DNA of 64,000 bases from NCBI GenBank assembly GCA_964016885.1, contig OZ024740.1:247876001-247940000 (forward strand). The letters are read 5' to 3'. Position 1 is the first letter of the stretch. The number at the start of each line of letters is the position of its first letter. This DNA is from Eledone cirrhosa. Lineage: Eukaryota. This document shows, one piece after another, positions 10,684-23,679 of this stretch. Below the pieces are notes generated by a model, which worked only from the letters and a program-made list of their open reading frames with translations, did not search any database and was not told where the DNA came from. The position numbers were made by a program, and so were the translations under genes.

Positions 10684-11990
10684 TAAGGGTTGGGGGAAGA
10701 ACGGGGTTGCATGTTCAGGAAGAGGTGTGTGTGGGGAGGGTGTTGTAGGTCGGAGTGTCTGTGCGTGTGTGGATAGAGGGGTGGGGGGAGAGGAATCAGG
10801 AGGCTGAGGGTGTAAATATGTGGTAGAAAGCACGTGTGTGAGGTTTAAGCGTGCTGTGGGTGTAGGTGGCGTGTGGAGAAAAAAATGTTTGGGTGTGTGT
10901 GTGGGTGAGTTATATAGGTGATTCCGTAAGAGGATGGTTGAAAAGTTGGTAAATTCCTCTGATGTTTAGTGGATTCCGTGGTGGTCAAGTTCCACATACG
11001 AGTATTCCATGAAGAGATGGTCGGAAGAGGAGAGATGTGGGGTGCGCGTGCAACAGGAAGTGGTCAAGCAGTGGGAGTGCTGTGTGTCTGTTTGTGCTGG
11101 GAGGTGGTCAGAGGGCATAGCAGCAGTCGGTGGAATGGTAAAGGGGCGAGGATGGGTAGGTGTGAAAGATGGAGTGAGGAGGGTGTGTGTGTGTGTGTAT
11201 TAGTAGAGGTGTTAGTGGGATGAGTGAGTGTGGAGCGAGGGTGTGGGTGGAGCGGGGAGAGAAGGGTGTGTGTAGTTCTATGGAGGGAGTGTGGTGTACT
11301 GGTGTGTGTGTAGTTTTATGAAGGGGGTGTTAGTGGGTGTTAGTATACGGGAGGTGGGGAAGGGTTGAATACGGGTGTGAGTGGGGGTTAGTGGTGGTAG
11401 GGTGTGTAGAGTTGGTGGTGTACGAGGGTGTGTGGGTACGTGTGCGTGGGGTTGGGGGGGTGTTAGTGATGTTAGTTGCGTGTGGGGTGGGTGGTGTAAG
11501 TGCGTGCGTGTGTTCGTGTGCTTGGGGTCAGGGGGTGTTAGTGAGGTTAGTTGCGGGGTGGTGGGATGGTGGTGTGGGGGTGAGGGTTAGTGGTGGTAGT
11601 AGGGTGTGTGTTTAGTGTGAGCGCGTGTATATATGTGCCGGTGGGTGTGTGCGTGTGATAAGGAGGGGGAGGAGGAGAAGAAGGGAGGGATGTTAGTATG
11701 TTAGTTGGGGAAGGGTGGTCGGATGAGGGGTGGGGTGGAGGTGTTAGTATTGTTAGTTGTGGGGTGGGCGGTGAAAAGGAGGGGTGTGTTAGTGGTGTTA
11801 GTGGGGGATAAGTGTGGGGGAGGGGGGCGGTCGAAGGCTAAAGGAATAAGGGTGGGGAGTTCAGGCCGGGGGGAGTGTGGGTCTGTAAGATGAAGATAGT
11901 TCTTTGTTCGACTCTAAGGCGATTGGCGGGTGTTCTGTGGCATGGGAGTAGGCCACAGACTGTGAGATGGCGTGCGATGACTGTGAGATG
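10235..11990 (-). mobile_element. 3' end of a Neptune-type PLE: GIY-YIG C-terminus, long C/A-rich 3' region, hammerhead
   Basis: Minus ~11975-11860 translates HLTVCGLLPCHRTPANRLRVEQRTIFILQTHTPPGLN; HHR at 10320-10353, then AATAAA and (TA)n. Confidence 0.7.
10320..10353 (-). ncRNA. Minimal type I hammerhead ribozyme
   Basis: AAC-CTGAGGA-AGGGC TTAT GCCC-GAAAC-GTC-GTT: intact core, stem II, palindromic ACGT stem III, GUC site, stem I AAC/GTT. Confidence 0.85.
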
Positions 11991-12949
11991 TTATATTATA
12001 TTATTATTATTTGAGAATATATATTATTCAAAATTATATTATTAAAGAATATATATTATTAAAAAACAGTATATTTAAATTAAGCCGTTGGAATAGGGAA
12101 AAACGAAAGAAAGAAAGAGAGAAACCTGAGTATATTTTAGTGAGTGAGAATAGCGTAATTTTGAGGGAGGATGCGAAGAGAGAATATAGCGTGGATGAAT
12201 ACTAATAACAACCAATAACAGATACTAATAAAAAATGGATAAAGCTAAGTTGAAGAATTTATTTAATGTTTAATTAATAAATTTGATTAAATGTTTAATT
12301 AATAATTTATCAATTCAATCCGTAGTTTAAATGTTTAAATGTGTATGTTATATTATTAAAGTTGAGACCTATATATTATTATTAAAGAATATATATTATT
12401 AAAAAATGTTATTATTAAAAAAAACAAATATAATTTTATTATTATTAATTAATTAATTAATTAATTAATTATTTTAAAAAATGTTTAAGTTTAAAATATT
12501 CGAATATTTCTAAGCTCATGGAATTTATGAAAGTTTGCCGAAGAATAATCACTTATATGTAATAGCAGTAGAGCGTAAGGAAATTGCTAACGATCAATAA
12601 TAATTATTAAGATAGCTCTAAGGATTAAATGTTATAAAGTTAAATGTTATAAAGTTAAGATGTTAAAAGAAATGTTATAAAGTTAAGATGTTAAACATTT
12701 TTAATTATCCATTAGTGTAATTATAGCATGAATTTTATGTTATGTTATATCAAGTTATAAAATCATAACTCAACCTGTCATACAGTTATGACTGTTAAAA
12801 CCTAATTTTTTTTTCTATAACGTGTTAGCATTTAAAAAATTCAAAAAATTCAAAAATTTCATTCATTGGAATATATCCAAAGCATAAACCACAAAAAAAT
12901 ACATCTGTAGAACATATTTAAATATATACATATACACACCTACACATAT

Positions 12950-12982
<33 letters not shown>

Positions 12983-13004
12983 CAGTAGTATGTATATATA
13001 TATA

Positions 13005-13541
13005 TACATACTACTGTACGTCTGTATACATATGTGTATGTACGTATATATACTTATATTTAAGTAACAGCCGTACTAAGAGTGAGAAATGAAATTTCGT
13101 TTCATTTTTTCCGTTTATCGTTTTCGGTACCCCGGCCGATTAACTCACTCGATATGCAAATTAGGCTGCTCAGCCGTTAATATGCATAAGGAAAGTATAT
13201 ACTTTCAGACGTTCAATCATCTGGCAGGAAGGTATACGTTGCTGACGATAGCTAATAAGCTTGAAACTAGTACAGCGTTCCTTTGTCAGGGTTGAACAAA
13301 TGAGCAACGATGTTTGCTAGACACTGTACGGCTTAATTCGGGATGTTTGTTTACAAACACACCGAGCATTATAATAAATGTTCGGTGAATCCATACGTAC
13401 ATATATATATATGTGTGCATGTATGTATATATATACATACTACTATACGTCTGTATACATATATGTATGTACGTATACATACTTATATTTAAGTAATAGC
13501 CCTACTAAGAGTGAGAAATGAAATTTCGTTTCATTTTTTCC

Positions 13542-13546
<5 letters not shown>
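13005..13546 (+). mobile_element. Non-coding ~430-bp HHR-bearing unit, ~1.25 tandem copies in (TA)n (retrozyme or solo pLTR-like)
   Basis: 13011-13115 repeats at 13440-13546; HHR at 13237-13277; a second copy lies on the minus strand at 24450-25035. Confidence 0.8.
13237..13277 (+). ncRNA. Minimal type I hammerhead ribozyme
   Basis: CGTTG-CTGACGA-TAGCT AATA AGCT T-GAAAC-TA-GTA-CAGCG; palindromic ACTAGT stem III. Confidence 0.88.

Positions 13547-13620
<74 letters not shown>
13547..13620. repeat. (TA)n microsatellite
   Basis: Pure TA run. Confidence 0.98.
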
Positions 13621-13623
<3 letters not shown>

Positions 13624-15367
13624 TAGACAATTATCAAATTTGTGTTCAAATCATTTAATAGCTGACAATCGTTTCTTCCAAACTCTCATTTGTAGTCATC
13701 GGAGCATTATCAATGTTTTGGTCATGTAATTAACCTCCTATTCAACTGAACAATAATATAGATACATATATATTGATGTTGTGAGCAACAGTTTCGTATT
13801 TAAAGGGTGGAATGGATGTGACATATAATTTACGAGAATTGTACAAACATTCAAATTCAAATTAAAAGCAGAGTGGAATACATGCAACAGATAATACAAG
13901 AGAATAGTCTAATAATTAAAGAGGCATTGAGAAAGGAGCTTTGAGAAAGAAAGAGTACATTAGCAATACATATGCAGGTGTGTAGAAAGTGTACATGCGT
14001 TAGTCATATATTTGAGAAGGAAATAAGCAAAGTTATTATGCATATATAGATAAATAAATACTGTATTTTAAGCAAACATGTAGTGTATTAAAATCTATGG
14101 TGGACGTAGTATGTTGATAGTTTTTGAATTTGTGTGTGTTGAGGAGAATAAAGTTATTGCAGTCTCTTCCATTACATATGTTGAATTATATTTTAGTTAA
14201 TGTTTATATTGAATGTTTATGTTAGTTAAAGCAATGGATTGTAAATTAGTCTTATTGTATTCTTATTCATGGACTATAGTTGTTCAACAGATAGGTTTTC
14301 CAACGGTTAAATCTCCGGAAGTGAGTAAGGGGAGCTAATGCGTAAGGGGAGGTAACTAGCTAATTAAATTCAGTTATTCAAAATCTTTGCTCTAATACAC
14401 ATTATAATGTGATACAATTGAATCTCTATTACATAATTGTTTCTACTTTAGGCACAAGGCCAGCAATTAGCCAGTGCATTACTGGTACTTTATTTTATCG
14501 ACCCCCGTAAGGATGAAAGGTAAAGTCAACCTCGGCGGGATTTGAACTCTATTACATAATGCTAAACATTTATACTTGATTTTAAATACAGTGTATTTTA
14601 TTTTAATACATTAAAGGTCCCTTAAGATTGTTATCTATTCATTACTGGACAAGATATATGTTATGGAAAATTGTATAGCTGTTTATATGTCCAAATAGAT
14701 ATATCATTTGTGTAATAATATACATTATTGTTTAAAAATTAATCCCTTATATACAATGCTATTACATTATATATTTAATTATAAATGTATATATACTTTA
14801 TTATTATTACATTGTGTTAAAGGTAGATCCCTTATATACATGTTATTAATTTAAGTATTTAATTATATAAATGTATATATAGTTTATTATTATATATTAC
14901 ATTAAATGTCTTTACATATTAAATATTCATTACTGTATATAATAGAATTAAGCTATATTAGTTATACCAAAAGGTGGCAACTTTATGTTTAATTCTAACA
15001 GTTATTGCAGAGTATAATGTTAGAGATACCAAAGTGTTGTGTGGAGGAAAGAGCTGATCAAAGAGTGTGTAGCTGTGGAGGCTGATAAGTCCTAGATGTG
15101 AAGTGTTAATGGTGGTGGGGAATTCAAATCTGACATTGATATATACTAACAGCTAGGTCTAAAGTTATGGAACGAGTGACGGTATCGGTGTTGGCACGAG
15201 GAAAATGTCTCTGACTTTCTATTAAGGAGGTCTAGTTTCGAAAAGATTATAGTATGGGTCTCTAAAAGACAGAGATTACACAATTTATTCTGTGGTTTAT
15301 ACGATGAGGCCCTACCTACTACTTCCCATTGCAGTGTAAATGGTCTATTCCTAGTTTTCAGAGAGTA
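13621..15367 (-). mobile_element. 3' part of a Hydra-type PLE: endonuclease C-terminus, long 3' region, degenerate HHR
   Basis: Minus 15367-15150 reads YSLKTRNRPFTLQWEVVGRASSYKPQNKLCNLCLLE...LLNRKSE..CQHR; HHR-like GCT-CCGATGA..GAAAC-GATT-GTC-AGC at 13661-13705; homologous to 56040-57830. Confidence 0.8.
14438..14546 (-). mobile_element. 5'-truncated Nin-domain SINE with 14-bp target-site duplication (TSD)
   Basis: TSD CTCTATTACATAAT at 14424-14437 and 14547-14560. Confidence 0.9.
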
Positions 15368-15394
15368 TTATTATTATATATTCTATTCTATTAT

Positions 15395-15480
15395 AAGGCG
15401 GGTAAAATTCCCGAGATCCATGGACGAGTTCTCTCCAGCGGTCTCTGTCCCTCATCATCGCTGCCGTGTCCTGCGTCTCC
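15395..15480 (-). mobile_element. Short RTE-like 3' fragment
   Basis: Minus strand translates ETQDTAAMMRDRDRWRELVHGSR, matching the DRxxWR C-terminal motif of RTE-type ORFs. Confidence 0.45.
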
Positions 15481-15491
15481 ATATATACCAA

Positions 15492-17960
15492 GATAATAAT
15501 AAATGGAAACTATATTTATAAAACCATATTTATTTTATTATATATATTTCAAGGGCGACCAAGCCAAACTTGGTGCGCTTTCATCAGATAAAATACAACA
15601 TTTTTTTTATAAATAATGACATACCCATGGAAATCACACCTTAACGGTCCGAAATTCGCTAGATAGTGGAAACTTATTTGGGGTAATTCAAAGTTATGTG
15701 TGAGTATGCAAATGAATGTATGCAAAATTGAAAAAACAACCGTTTATTTAAATTACGCTGGGGGAGTATAAAGAAAATTTCATCAACACACAATTTGCAA
15801 AATCTAGATAAAGCTGTGTTTCTATAGGCAGGTGCTTTTGAAATTACATCCCAAGATAAATAATAGTCTGTACTTTTAGATTTTAAGTTCCATATCAGGT
15901 TTGATAGAGAAGTTGAAGATTTTTTACCAATATTATTAAACGAGCATTTGTCATTATTGAAACGAGATTTGAAGTCTGTAGAAGTAGAACCTATATAGTT
16001 AAATATATGGTCATTAGTTTTGACAGAGCATTTATAGACGACATCTTTATCTAAGCATTTATTTTTTAAAGGACAGTTTGATTTAATTCTACAGTTACAT
16101 TTAGCAGAGTTGATGTTATTCGGAACGGTATTATTAAGTTGGATATTGCTAGAGGTATTAGTGCTATTTTGGTTATGGTTTAGATTTCTATTATTGATTC
16201 TATTTATATTTTGTGCTAAGTTCATAGTAGTAGAGTAAGATAGTTTTATTGTATGTCTGTTAAAGATTGAATGGTATCTATGGGTTTTGGGAAAACATTT
16301 ATCTAGAGCTTTAAAAAATAGTTTAGCTAAAGGTGTTTTAATACTTAGTGAGAATGGAGGTGCATACCAAATTATATTTCTAGTTCTATTCCTTCTATTA
16401 GTATTAGAGTTTATGTTAGGTTTCTTATTATAATTATAATTAATATTATGGTTATTTATCTTATCATTGTTTTCGATGTATTTAATTTTATTTATATAGC
16501 TTGCTCTACTTAAAGCTTCATTATTATATTCTGCCGTATCGTCAAATATGTTTTTATTCGCAGAGATTCGAGAAATACGTTGTTGTACAGAATTTACAAT
16601 AGTGTTTTTAATAGATCTAGGATGATTAGAGTTGAAGCTTATATAGTTTAAGTTCTCATTAATTTTATGAAATGGATAGTAGAGCCCTGTATTAAGGTTT
16701 AATGTTACATCTAAAAAGTTAACAATTTTGTAGTTATTCTCTATTTCTAACTTAAGATTGTAGCTATTAAAAAATTGTATTTTTGATTTTCTTTTTCTAT
16801 TTATTTCACAATTACTATTATTTTCATTTAACAGCAGCATATCATCACGATATAAACCACCGGTCATCTCCGGTAGTTTTCTATGTAGTATATTATTAAT
16901 AAATAGCCCCACAAGATGCGTTATCTGCGCCGAGCCCGATGACCCTATGGTGATGTCGAAATTATTTATTCTATCCGCTCTAGTCCAGAGATGGTTGTTA
17001 AATTTAATTAAGGTTTTTCGTGCAGTTAAAATAATATGCATTTCTTCACTAGATAAATCAGTATATTTGGATGCATAGATAAGGGCTTTATTAAGTAAAT
17101 TAGGAGTGATAGATGAGTAGTAATTTGCAATATCCAAGTGAATGAATTTTTTGTTATGTTTGAATTTTATGTTATTGAACCAATCTATAACTTCGTTAGT
17201 ACCTTTCCATAGTTTTAAGTAAGATATTTCTTTAAGTTGCGGTATGATTCTATCTAATATATGTTTACTAACTATGCCTAAGTCTGATTTAGATGGTGCT
17301 ATAAGTCTAACTGGTAGTTCTATTTCAAAATTTCTTTTGTGGTCTTTCAGGTTAATTTTTGGTTTTCTATGTTCGGTCCTATTTTCGATGCCTAATTTAT
17401 GAATTATTTCAGAATCTTTTCTATTTAGCATTTCGAGGTCTTCATTGGTTGTTGTTTTTCCTTAGTTCTTTCAATATAAGGTTACTATATTCGTCCTTTT
17501 GCATTCCGTATAGATTGTTAGTTTTGTCAGATTTTACGAGGATATTTTACGAGGATTTAACGAGGATATTAGTTTTTTCAAGATTTTCTATATTATTCTT
17601 AAGGCCTTTAAGATATTCCTGGCCTGCGAAATGGTTTTTCTTGAATTTGATGTTTTGTATAATTGATATTATTTCATTTTCAAATTCCATTAATAGTTTG
17701 TTGTTAGGTGGATTTTTCTTGAATTTGAAGATCATATCGAAGTTGGAATTATGTTTTTTCATCTGATTTTCTATCGAAATGGAAGGCACGCTATCTAAGT
17801 CTTCTTATAAAGGAGTCAGATTTCTCAATGAGTTGTTTGAGATAGTCCTTATTCTTAGGTAGATGTATGTCTTTTAGAGAAGAAGAGATCCTAAAGAATT
17901 CCATTCGATAGAAAATCAGATGAAAAAACAGATAATTCCAACTTCGAATATGAACTCAGG
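15492..17960 (-). mobile_element. Hydra-type Penelope-like element (RT + C-terminal GIY-YIG) with 3' HHR and small 5' inversion
   Basis: Long ORF; HHR CTGATGA-AAGCGCACCAAG..CTTGGTCGCCCTT-GAAATATATA at ~15537-15593; ~17899-17955 is an inverted copy of ~17730-17785. Confidence 0.9.
15674..17431 (-). CDS. PLE reverse transcriptase-GIY-YIG endonuclease (585-aa open segment; N-terminus disrupted)
   Basis: PVRLIAP, LDIANYYSSI, GLYRDD, NFLDVTL, SNHP, CNCRIKSNCPLKNKCL, VVY...YIG, CKLC. Confidence 0.85.
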   Translation of the reverse strand: MLNRKDSEIIHKLGIENRTEHRKPKINLKDHKRNFEIELPVRLIAPSKSDLGIVSKHILDRIIPQLKEISYLKLWKGTNEVIDWFNNIKFKHNKKFIHLDIANYYSSITPNLLNKALIYASKYTDLSSEEMHIILTARKTLIKFNNHLWTRADRINNFDITIGSSGSAQITHLVGLFINNILHRKLPEMTGGLYRDDMLLLNENNSNCEINRKRKSKIQFFNSYNLKLEIENNYKIVNFLDVTLNLNTGLYYPFHKINENLNYISFNSNHPRSIKNTIVNSVQQRISRISANKNIFDDTAEYNNEALSRASYINKIKYIENNDKINNHNINYNYNKKPNINSNTNRRNRTRNIIWYAPPFSLSIKTPLAKLFFKALDKCFPKTHRYHSIFNRHTIKLSYSTTMNLAQNINRINNRNLNHNQNSTNTSSNIQLNNTVPNNINSAKCNCRIKSNCPLKNKCLDKDVVYKCSVKTNDHIFNYIGSTSTDFKSRFNNDKCSFNNIGKKSSTSLSNLIWNLKSKSTDYYLSWDVISKAPAYRNTALSRFCKLCVDEIFFILPQRNLNKRLFFQFCIHSFAYSHITLNYPK

Positions 17961-18154
17961 CCTTTATTATCCTGAACTCAGAAATATATATATATGAATA
18001 TATATATATATATAAATATTAAAATTTAAGGGTGAAAGCAGCGATTCTTTGCTTAAACTATAATCTGTTATTTGCTCTACGGTTCTTATATATCTGATAT
18101 ATATTTATCCTTATCTAGCCCTCTTTGGATTTTAGTCTTCAAATGTGTTATTAT

Positions 18155-18619
<465 letters not shown>

Positions 18620-18950
18620 TATACTTGACCACCCTGAATTACCTCCCCCTGCATATTAACTCTCTAAAAAGAGAAATCAGACTACCATTTGCCTCCATCA
18701 TGGATCAACTAAGCACTTTTGCCATAATAACACATTTCGAACTGCTTATCTTCAAGAACTATGCCTGTAAATAATATTATTTTTTATTTCCCATTACCTT
18801 ATTAGGCTCCACATTACCCCCCCCCCCCCCTTTTTTTTTCTTTTTTCTTTTCACTTCAAAAACCTTGTTTGTAAATAACATTATTCTTTCTTCACCATTT
18901 CCTTAACATGTTCAACATCACCAACATTTTACACCAATACATATTCCCCC

Positions 18951-18987
18951 CTTTTGATAAAGCATAAAATGCTGAAACCGGTAATAG
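18951..18987 (+). ncRNA. Minimal type I hammerhead, U3:A8 core variant (decayed twin at 23421-23457)
   Basis: TTGATAA-AGCAT AAA ATGCT-GAAAC-CG-GTA; palindromic ACCGGT stem III; stem I weak. Confidence 0.65.
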
Positions 18988-19227
18988 ACAATTATTAAAT
19001 ATATAAATAAGTAAATAAATTAACTAATACTCAACACTTCACACAAAGTAAAATATTTTGTTTTAAACATTCTCTAACCCAGAAAAAAGCGAAAAAAATA
19101 AAAAGGAAAAAAAATATATTTTTCTTCCTAATAATCGTCTTTTTCTCCCTATTTTCATATATATATATATCCCAACTCGTGTGCCCCTTCTCCACATTTT
19201 ATTATTATTATTCACGAGATACAGAAA

Positions 19228-22200
19228 ATGCCTACTAAAACAAAAACAGACTCCACTCTCATTAGCATCAATCAAGAGACACTCCAAGAACTAAAAAAAA
19301 TAAACTCTAATTTGTCAATACTCACCAATAAACTTAACTCTACAAGTGAAGAAACAATCCCCAAATACACATCCTATGAAATCAACGAGAATATCAACAA
19401 CTTATGTGAAACAATGAAAACACACCTGAATAACAACACAAATGCTATGCAAGCGAACGAAAAAACATATGACACTAATACACTTACAACTTAACAAATA
19501 AAAAACAAATTAATACCACAATCGTACACATCTCTAAAAACAGGAAATTCTCCTTTTGGAAGATGATAAAAAACAATAACAAAGCGGAGATCTATGAAAA
19601 ATGGATTAACTCATCCCCATTAATCATCCCCCGCAAACTACAAACTAAATCCATCCCAAACGAACCCGAGACACAAAGACGCCCCAGGGAAAGAATGGCA
19701 CTTGATAACATAAAAACCGAAATTGAACTCCTTAAATTGAGAGCCCAAGCAAATGAAAATAGGATCAAATCAATCGACCATGAGATTAATCAAGCAATTA
19801 TCAATAAAACCAAAGACACCACCCTAGAAAACATTTCAAAATTATGGTTAGACGACTGTAATAAGGAAGAATTAAAATCCCTTCAACGTTGAAACACTTT
19901 TCCAAAAAGAACACACATCTAAGAACCCCTTCATTAAAACCACAATAACAAGAAAACCCAATAACCACCCAAACACCTCACAACAACCAACAACAACAAA
20001 AAAACAATACCTCCCCACATACCAAAAAAGAAGGCATCACCTCGCCCCTACCTCCTACACCCACCACATAGCTATCACACGGATTCCCCTGCAACAAATA
20101 TAGTAATAGAGAAACATCAGCTACAAGGTAAACACTACAACTTCTCTCCCACCAGGAGAAACCATAGAATCCCCCACCCTTAACCCCCCCCCCCCTAACA
20201 TCCCCACACAACAAACCCACAACCATCATTACTTTCAACATAGAACCCAAAATACACAACCACCACACATGCCACATAGGGTCTCACAACCACACACCAA
20301 CTATAAGGAAACCCTAATCTACCCTCCTCCACTAACCACATCCTACTACAACAACACCAGCAGGGGACAATACACGAAACACCCTAACCACTAAAACCAC
20401 CATAACTACACACCATACAACAACAACAACAGCAGGGCTCAACACAACCATACGATACAGCCAACTTCAACAACCACCATAACTTCACACCCTATAACCA
20501 GGTCCATCAAATCTACACACCCTACAACAACAACAGCAGGGCTCAATACAACCACACAATACAACCTAACTTCAACAACAACTCCAGCTACACACACTCT
20601 AACAACAACAGCTGGGGCCAATACAACCATAAGAGACATCCAAACTTCAACAACCACCACAACTTCCGTAGTCATTTTATAGACACAGCACACAGACACA
20701 GGGTAACAAGATAACACAAAACACACAGGAGACACAAAATGTAATAAAAATCGTTAATTTAACCTCTAAAGAATTAACAACAGACCAAATCAACATATTC
20801 TCCAAAGGTCTGAAATTTACACCAACTCCCCAGCGACCAAACTACCCCGAAATGAAGGAAGATATTGCAGAATTCTGTAGAAAACTAAGACTCAGCGAAC
20901 AACTATACTCAATAGCCAGAAATAGAAGCAACTACACCCAACCAAAAGGCAAGAACAAATTCATCGATCAATTCTGCGAACACATTACTAATTACCCATA
21001 ACACCACCTACACAGACATAAACAAAAACCAAACCTAAGCAAAAGAGAATGGAATGGTCTTAACAGTCTAAAGAACGACAAAACCCTAACAATCAAAGAG
21101 GCAGATAAAGGGAGTGCAGTAGTCCTTATGCGCACAGATTACTACACAACTCTAGTACTCTCAACTCTAGAAAACCATACATATTACGAAAAGGCCCAGC
21201 ACTACACACAACAGAAAATAATGAGAAACCTAAAATCCCTAACAACCCTTTACAAAGAAGGCCTTACCGACAAGGAATACAACTACATCACCAATTTCAA
21301 AAGCAGAACCAGCCTCTTCTACGGTATCCCAAAGACACACAAAAGCGAAGTAATAGGCAGGGCCTGCAAGCAAGCCACAGACATTTACATCAATATACCC
21401 CCTCCTGATGACCTTAAATTAAGACCCATAATAGCAGGTACCACATGTGAAACCCACCGCCTAAGCAACTTCCTAGATATTCTGCTTAAACCTTTCCTAA
21501 AACATATAAAAAGCTTCATAAGGGACGACCTTGACATGCTCAACCACCTCCCAGCAACACTTAATAATGAACATATCCTACTAGTAACCTTTGATGTCAT
21601 CAATTTATATTCCAATATCCCACACAACCTAGGTATAGAGGCAATACCATTCTGGCTTGAACATTTCCCTAGTGATATTCCACAGCGCATCCCTAAAGAG
21701 TTTGTGTTGGAGGGATTCAAATTCATCATGGAAAACGACTTCTTCGAATTCGATGCCAAATACTACAGACAGAAATCTGGGACTGCCATGGGCAGGAAAG
21801 TAGCCTCCTCATACGCCAACTTGTCATGGGATATTTGGAAACCACTCTCTACCGCAAAGTTCTAGACAAATACGGCAACCACTTCTACCTACACATAGAA
21901 ATAAACTGGAAGAGATATCTGGACGACTGCTTCATCCTCTTGCATAAAAGTATAGATAGACTGATTGAGTTTAAAACCCTTCTAAATGGACTCAACACAA
22001 ACTTACAATTCACAATGGATTACAGCCATGACCAACTCCCTTTCCTCGGCATCCTCATCAAGAAAACAAACAACAAAATAGAAACATACATATACTACAA
22101 ACTCACAGACTCCAAACAATATCTTCCATTCAACTCGTGCCACCCTCGCCATACCAAAATGGCAATTCCTTATAACCTAGCCAGAAGGATCTGCACAATA

Positions 22201-22980
22201 TTTTCAGATAAATACACTTGCTACACACGACTAGAAGAATTAAGGAACACACTTATCAGCAGAAACTACCCACCATCCCTAATCAACAATGGATTCCAAC
22301 GTGCCCTAAAACTCAACATCCAGGAACTCAGACACCCCAAACCCAGGAATGAACCGCAACAGAAAACTCTAACATACATCTCCACACACAACCCCCTCAA
22401 CAATGAAGCATTCGACACCATCCTCCAGAACATTCCTTTACTAAAAAGAGACCCAAGAATAAACAAAATACTCCAAACACACAACATCATAAAGAGCAAA
22501 AGACAACCTAAATCCATAAAAAACATCCTCACACAAGCCAAATTCCAACCAACCTTACAGTAAAAAAAATGCGGAAGGCCCAACTGTGGCATATGCATAA
22601 ATCTAATAGAAGGTTCAACATTCCATTTTAAACAAAGAGAACATTTCACAGTTAAACACAACTTTACATGTGCATCTGAAAACCTAATCTATGTTTTGAC
22701 CTGTTCAGGTTGTCAAGAGAACTAGATAGGACAGACAAAAAACAGCCTCCGACAACGTATGACCGTCCATAGATCACAAATCAAAATACGGAATACAGAA
22801 AGATTGCGTTTAGTGAACATATCGCCAATTGTGCACCTAACCAACATCCAAACTTAAAAATTTTCTCCATTTACAAATTCATAGACAACGCATCTTTTAT
22901 CCATCGTACCAATAAGGAAACGTACTTCATTAACAAATTCCAACCCCTACTTAATGGACTAAACTTCGGACTAAACTAAA
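19228..22980 (+). pseudogene. PLE RT-GIY-YIG ORF, disrupted
   Basis: ADKGSAVV, LRPIIAG, FDVINLYSNI, SGTAMG, WKRYLDD, SCHPRH, CGRPNCGIC, CASENLIYVLTCSGC...IGQT...RMTVHR. Confidence 0.9.
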
Positions 22981-23679
22981 ACTTGAATGAACAATGAACC
23001 AAAACCAAATCCCTATATTTCTCTAAAGAGTTTCCTCCTTCACATCCTACCTAATCCTTTTTCTTATATAAATTGTATACCCTCTCTCACCTACTTGACC
23101 ACCCTGAATTACCTCCCCCTGCATATTAACTCTCTAAAATGGAAATCATATCAACCCCAGACTACCATTTGCCTCCATCATGGATCAACTAAGCACTCTT
23201 GCGATATTACCACATTTTGATCTGCTTATCTTCAAGAACTATGCCAGTAAATAATATTATTTTTTATTTCCCATTACCCTATTATGTTCCACATTACCCC
23301 CATTTTTTTTAATTTTTTTCTTTTCACTTCAAAAACCTTGTTTGTAAATAACATTATTCTTTCTTCACCATTTCCTTAACATGTTCAACATCACCATTTT
23401 ACACCAATACATATTCCCCCCTTTTGATAATGCATAAAATGCTAAAACTGGTAATAGACAATTATTAAATATATAAATAAATAAATAAATAAATAAATGC
23501 CATTGTTAATTAATAAATAAATTAATTAATACCTCAACACTTCTCACAAAGTAAAATATTTTGTTTTAAACATTTTCTAACACAGAAAAAAGAGAAAAAA
23601 ATATATTTTTCTTCCTAATGATCGTCTTTTTCTCCCTATTTTCCGTCTCTATGCACCACCTAAGAGAACATTAGTCTAC

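Larger units (their letters stand above)
18622..23643 (+). mobile_element. Full-length Neptune-type Penelope-like element with direct pseudo-LTRs
   Basis: ~530-550-bp direct repeats at 18622-19155 and 23092-23643 flank a disrupted RT-EN ORF; both contain an HHR motif and downstream AATAAA-like signals. Confidence 0.92.

Noticed and set aside
10500-11890. G-rich strand ORFs and possible G-quadruplex/telomere-like tract
   Set aside because: Low-complexity antisense of a C/A-rich PLE 3' region; no regular TTAGGG array and no protein motifs.
15674-17431. Selenocysteine-recoded or N-terminal-endonuclease (Naiad-like) PLE
   Set aside because: The endonuclease is C-terminal and the conserved Cys positions are ordinary Cys codons with no in-frame TGA.
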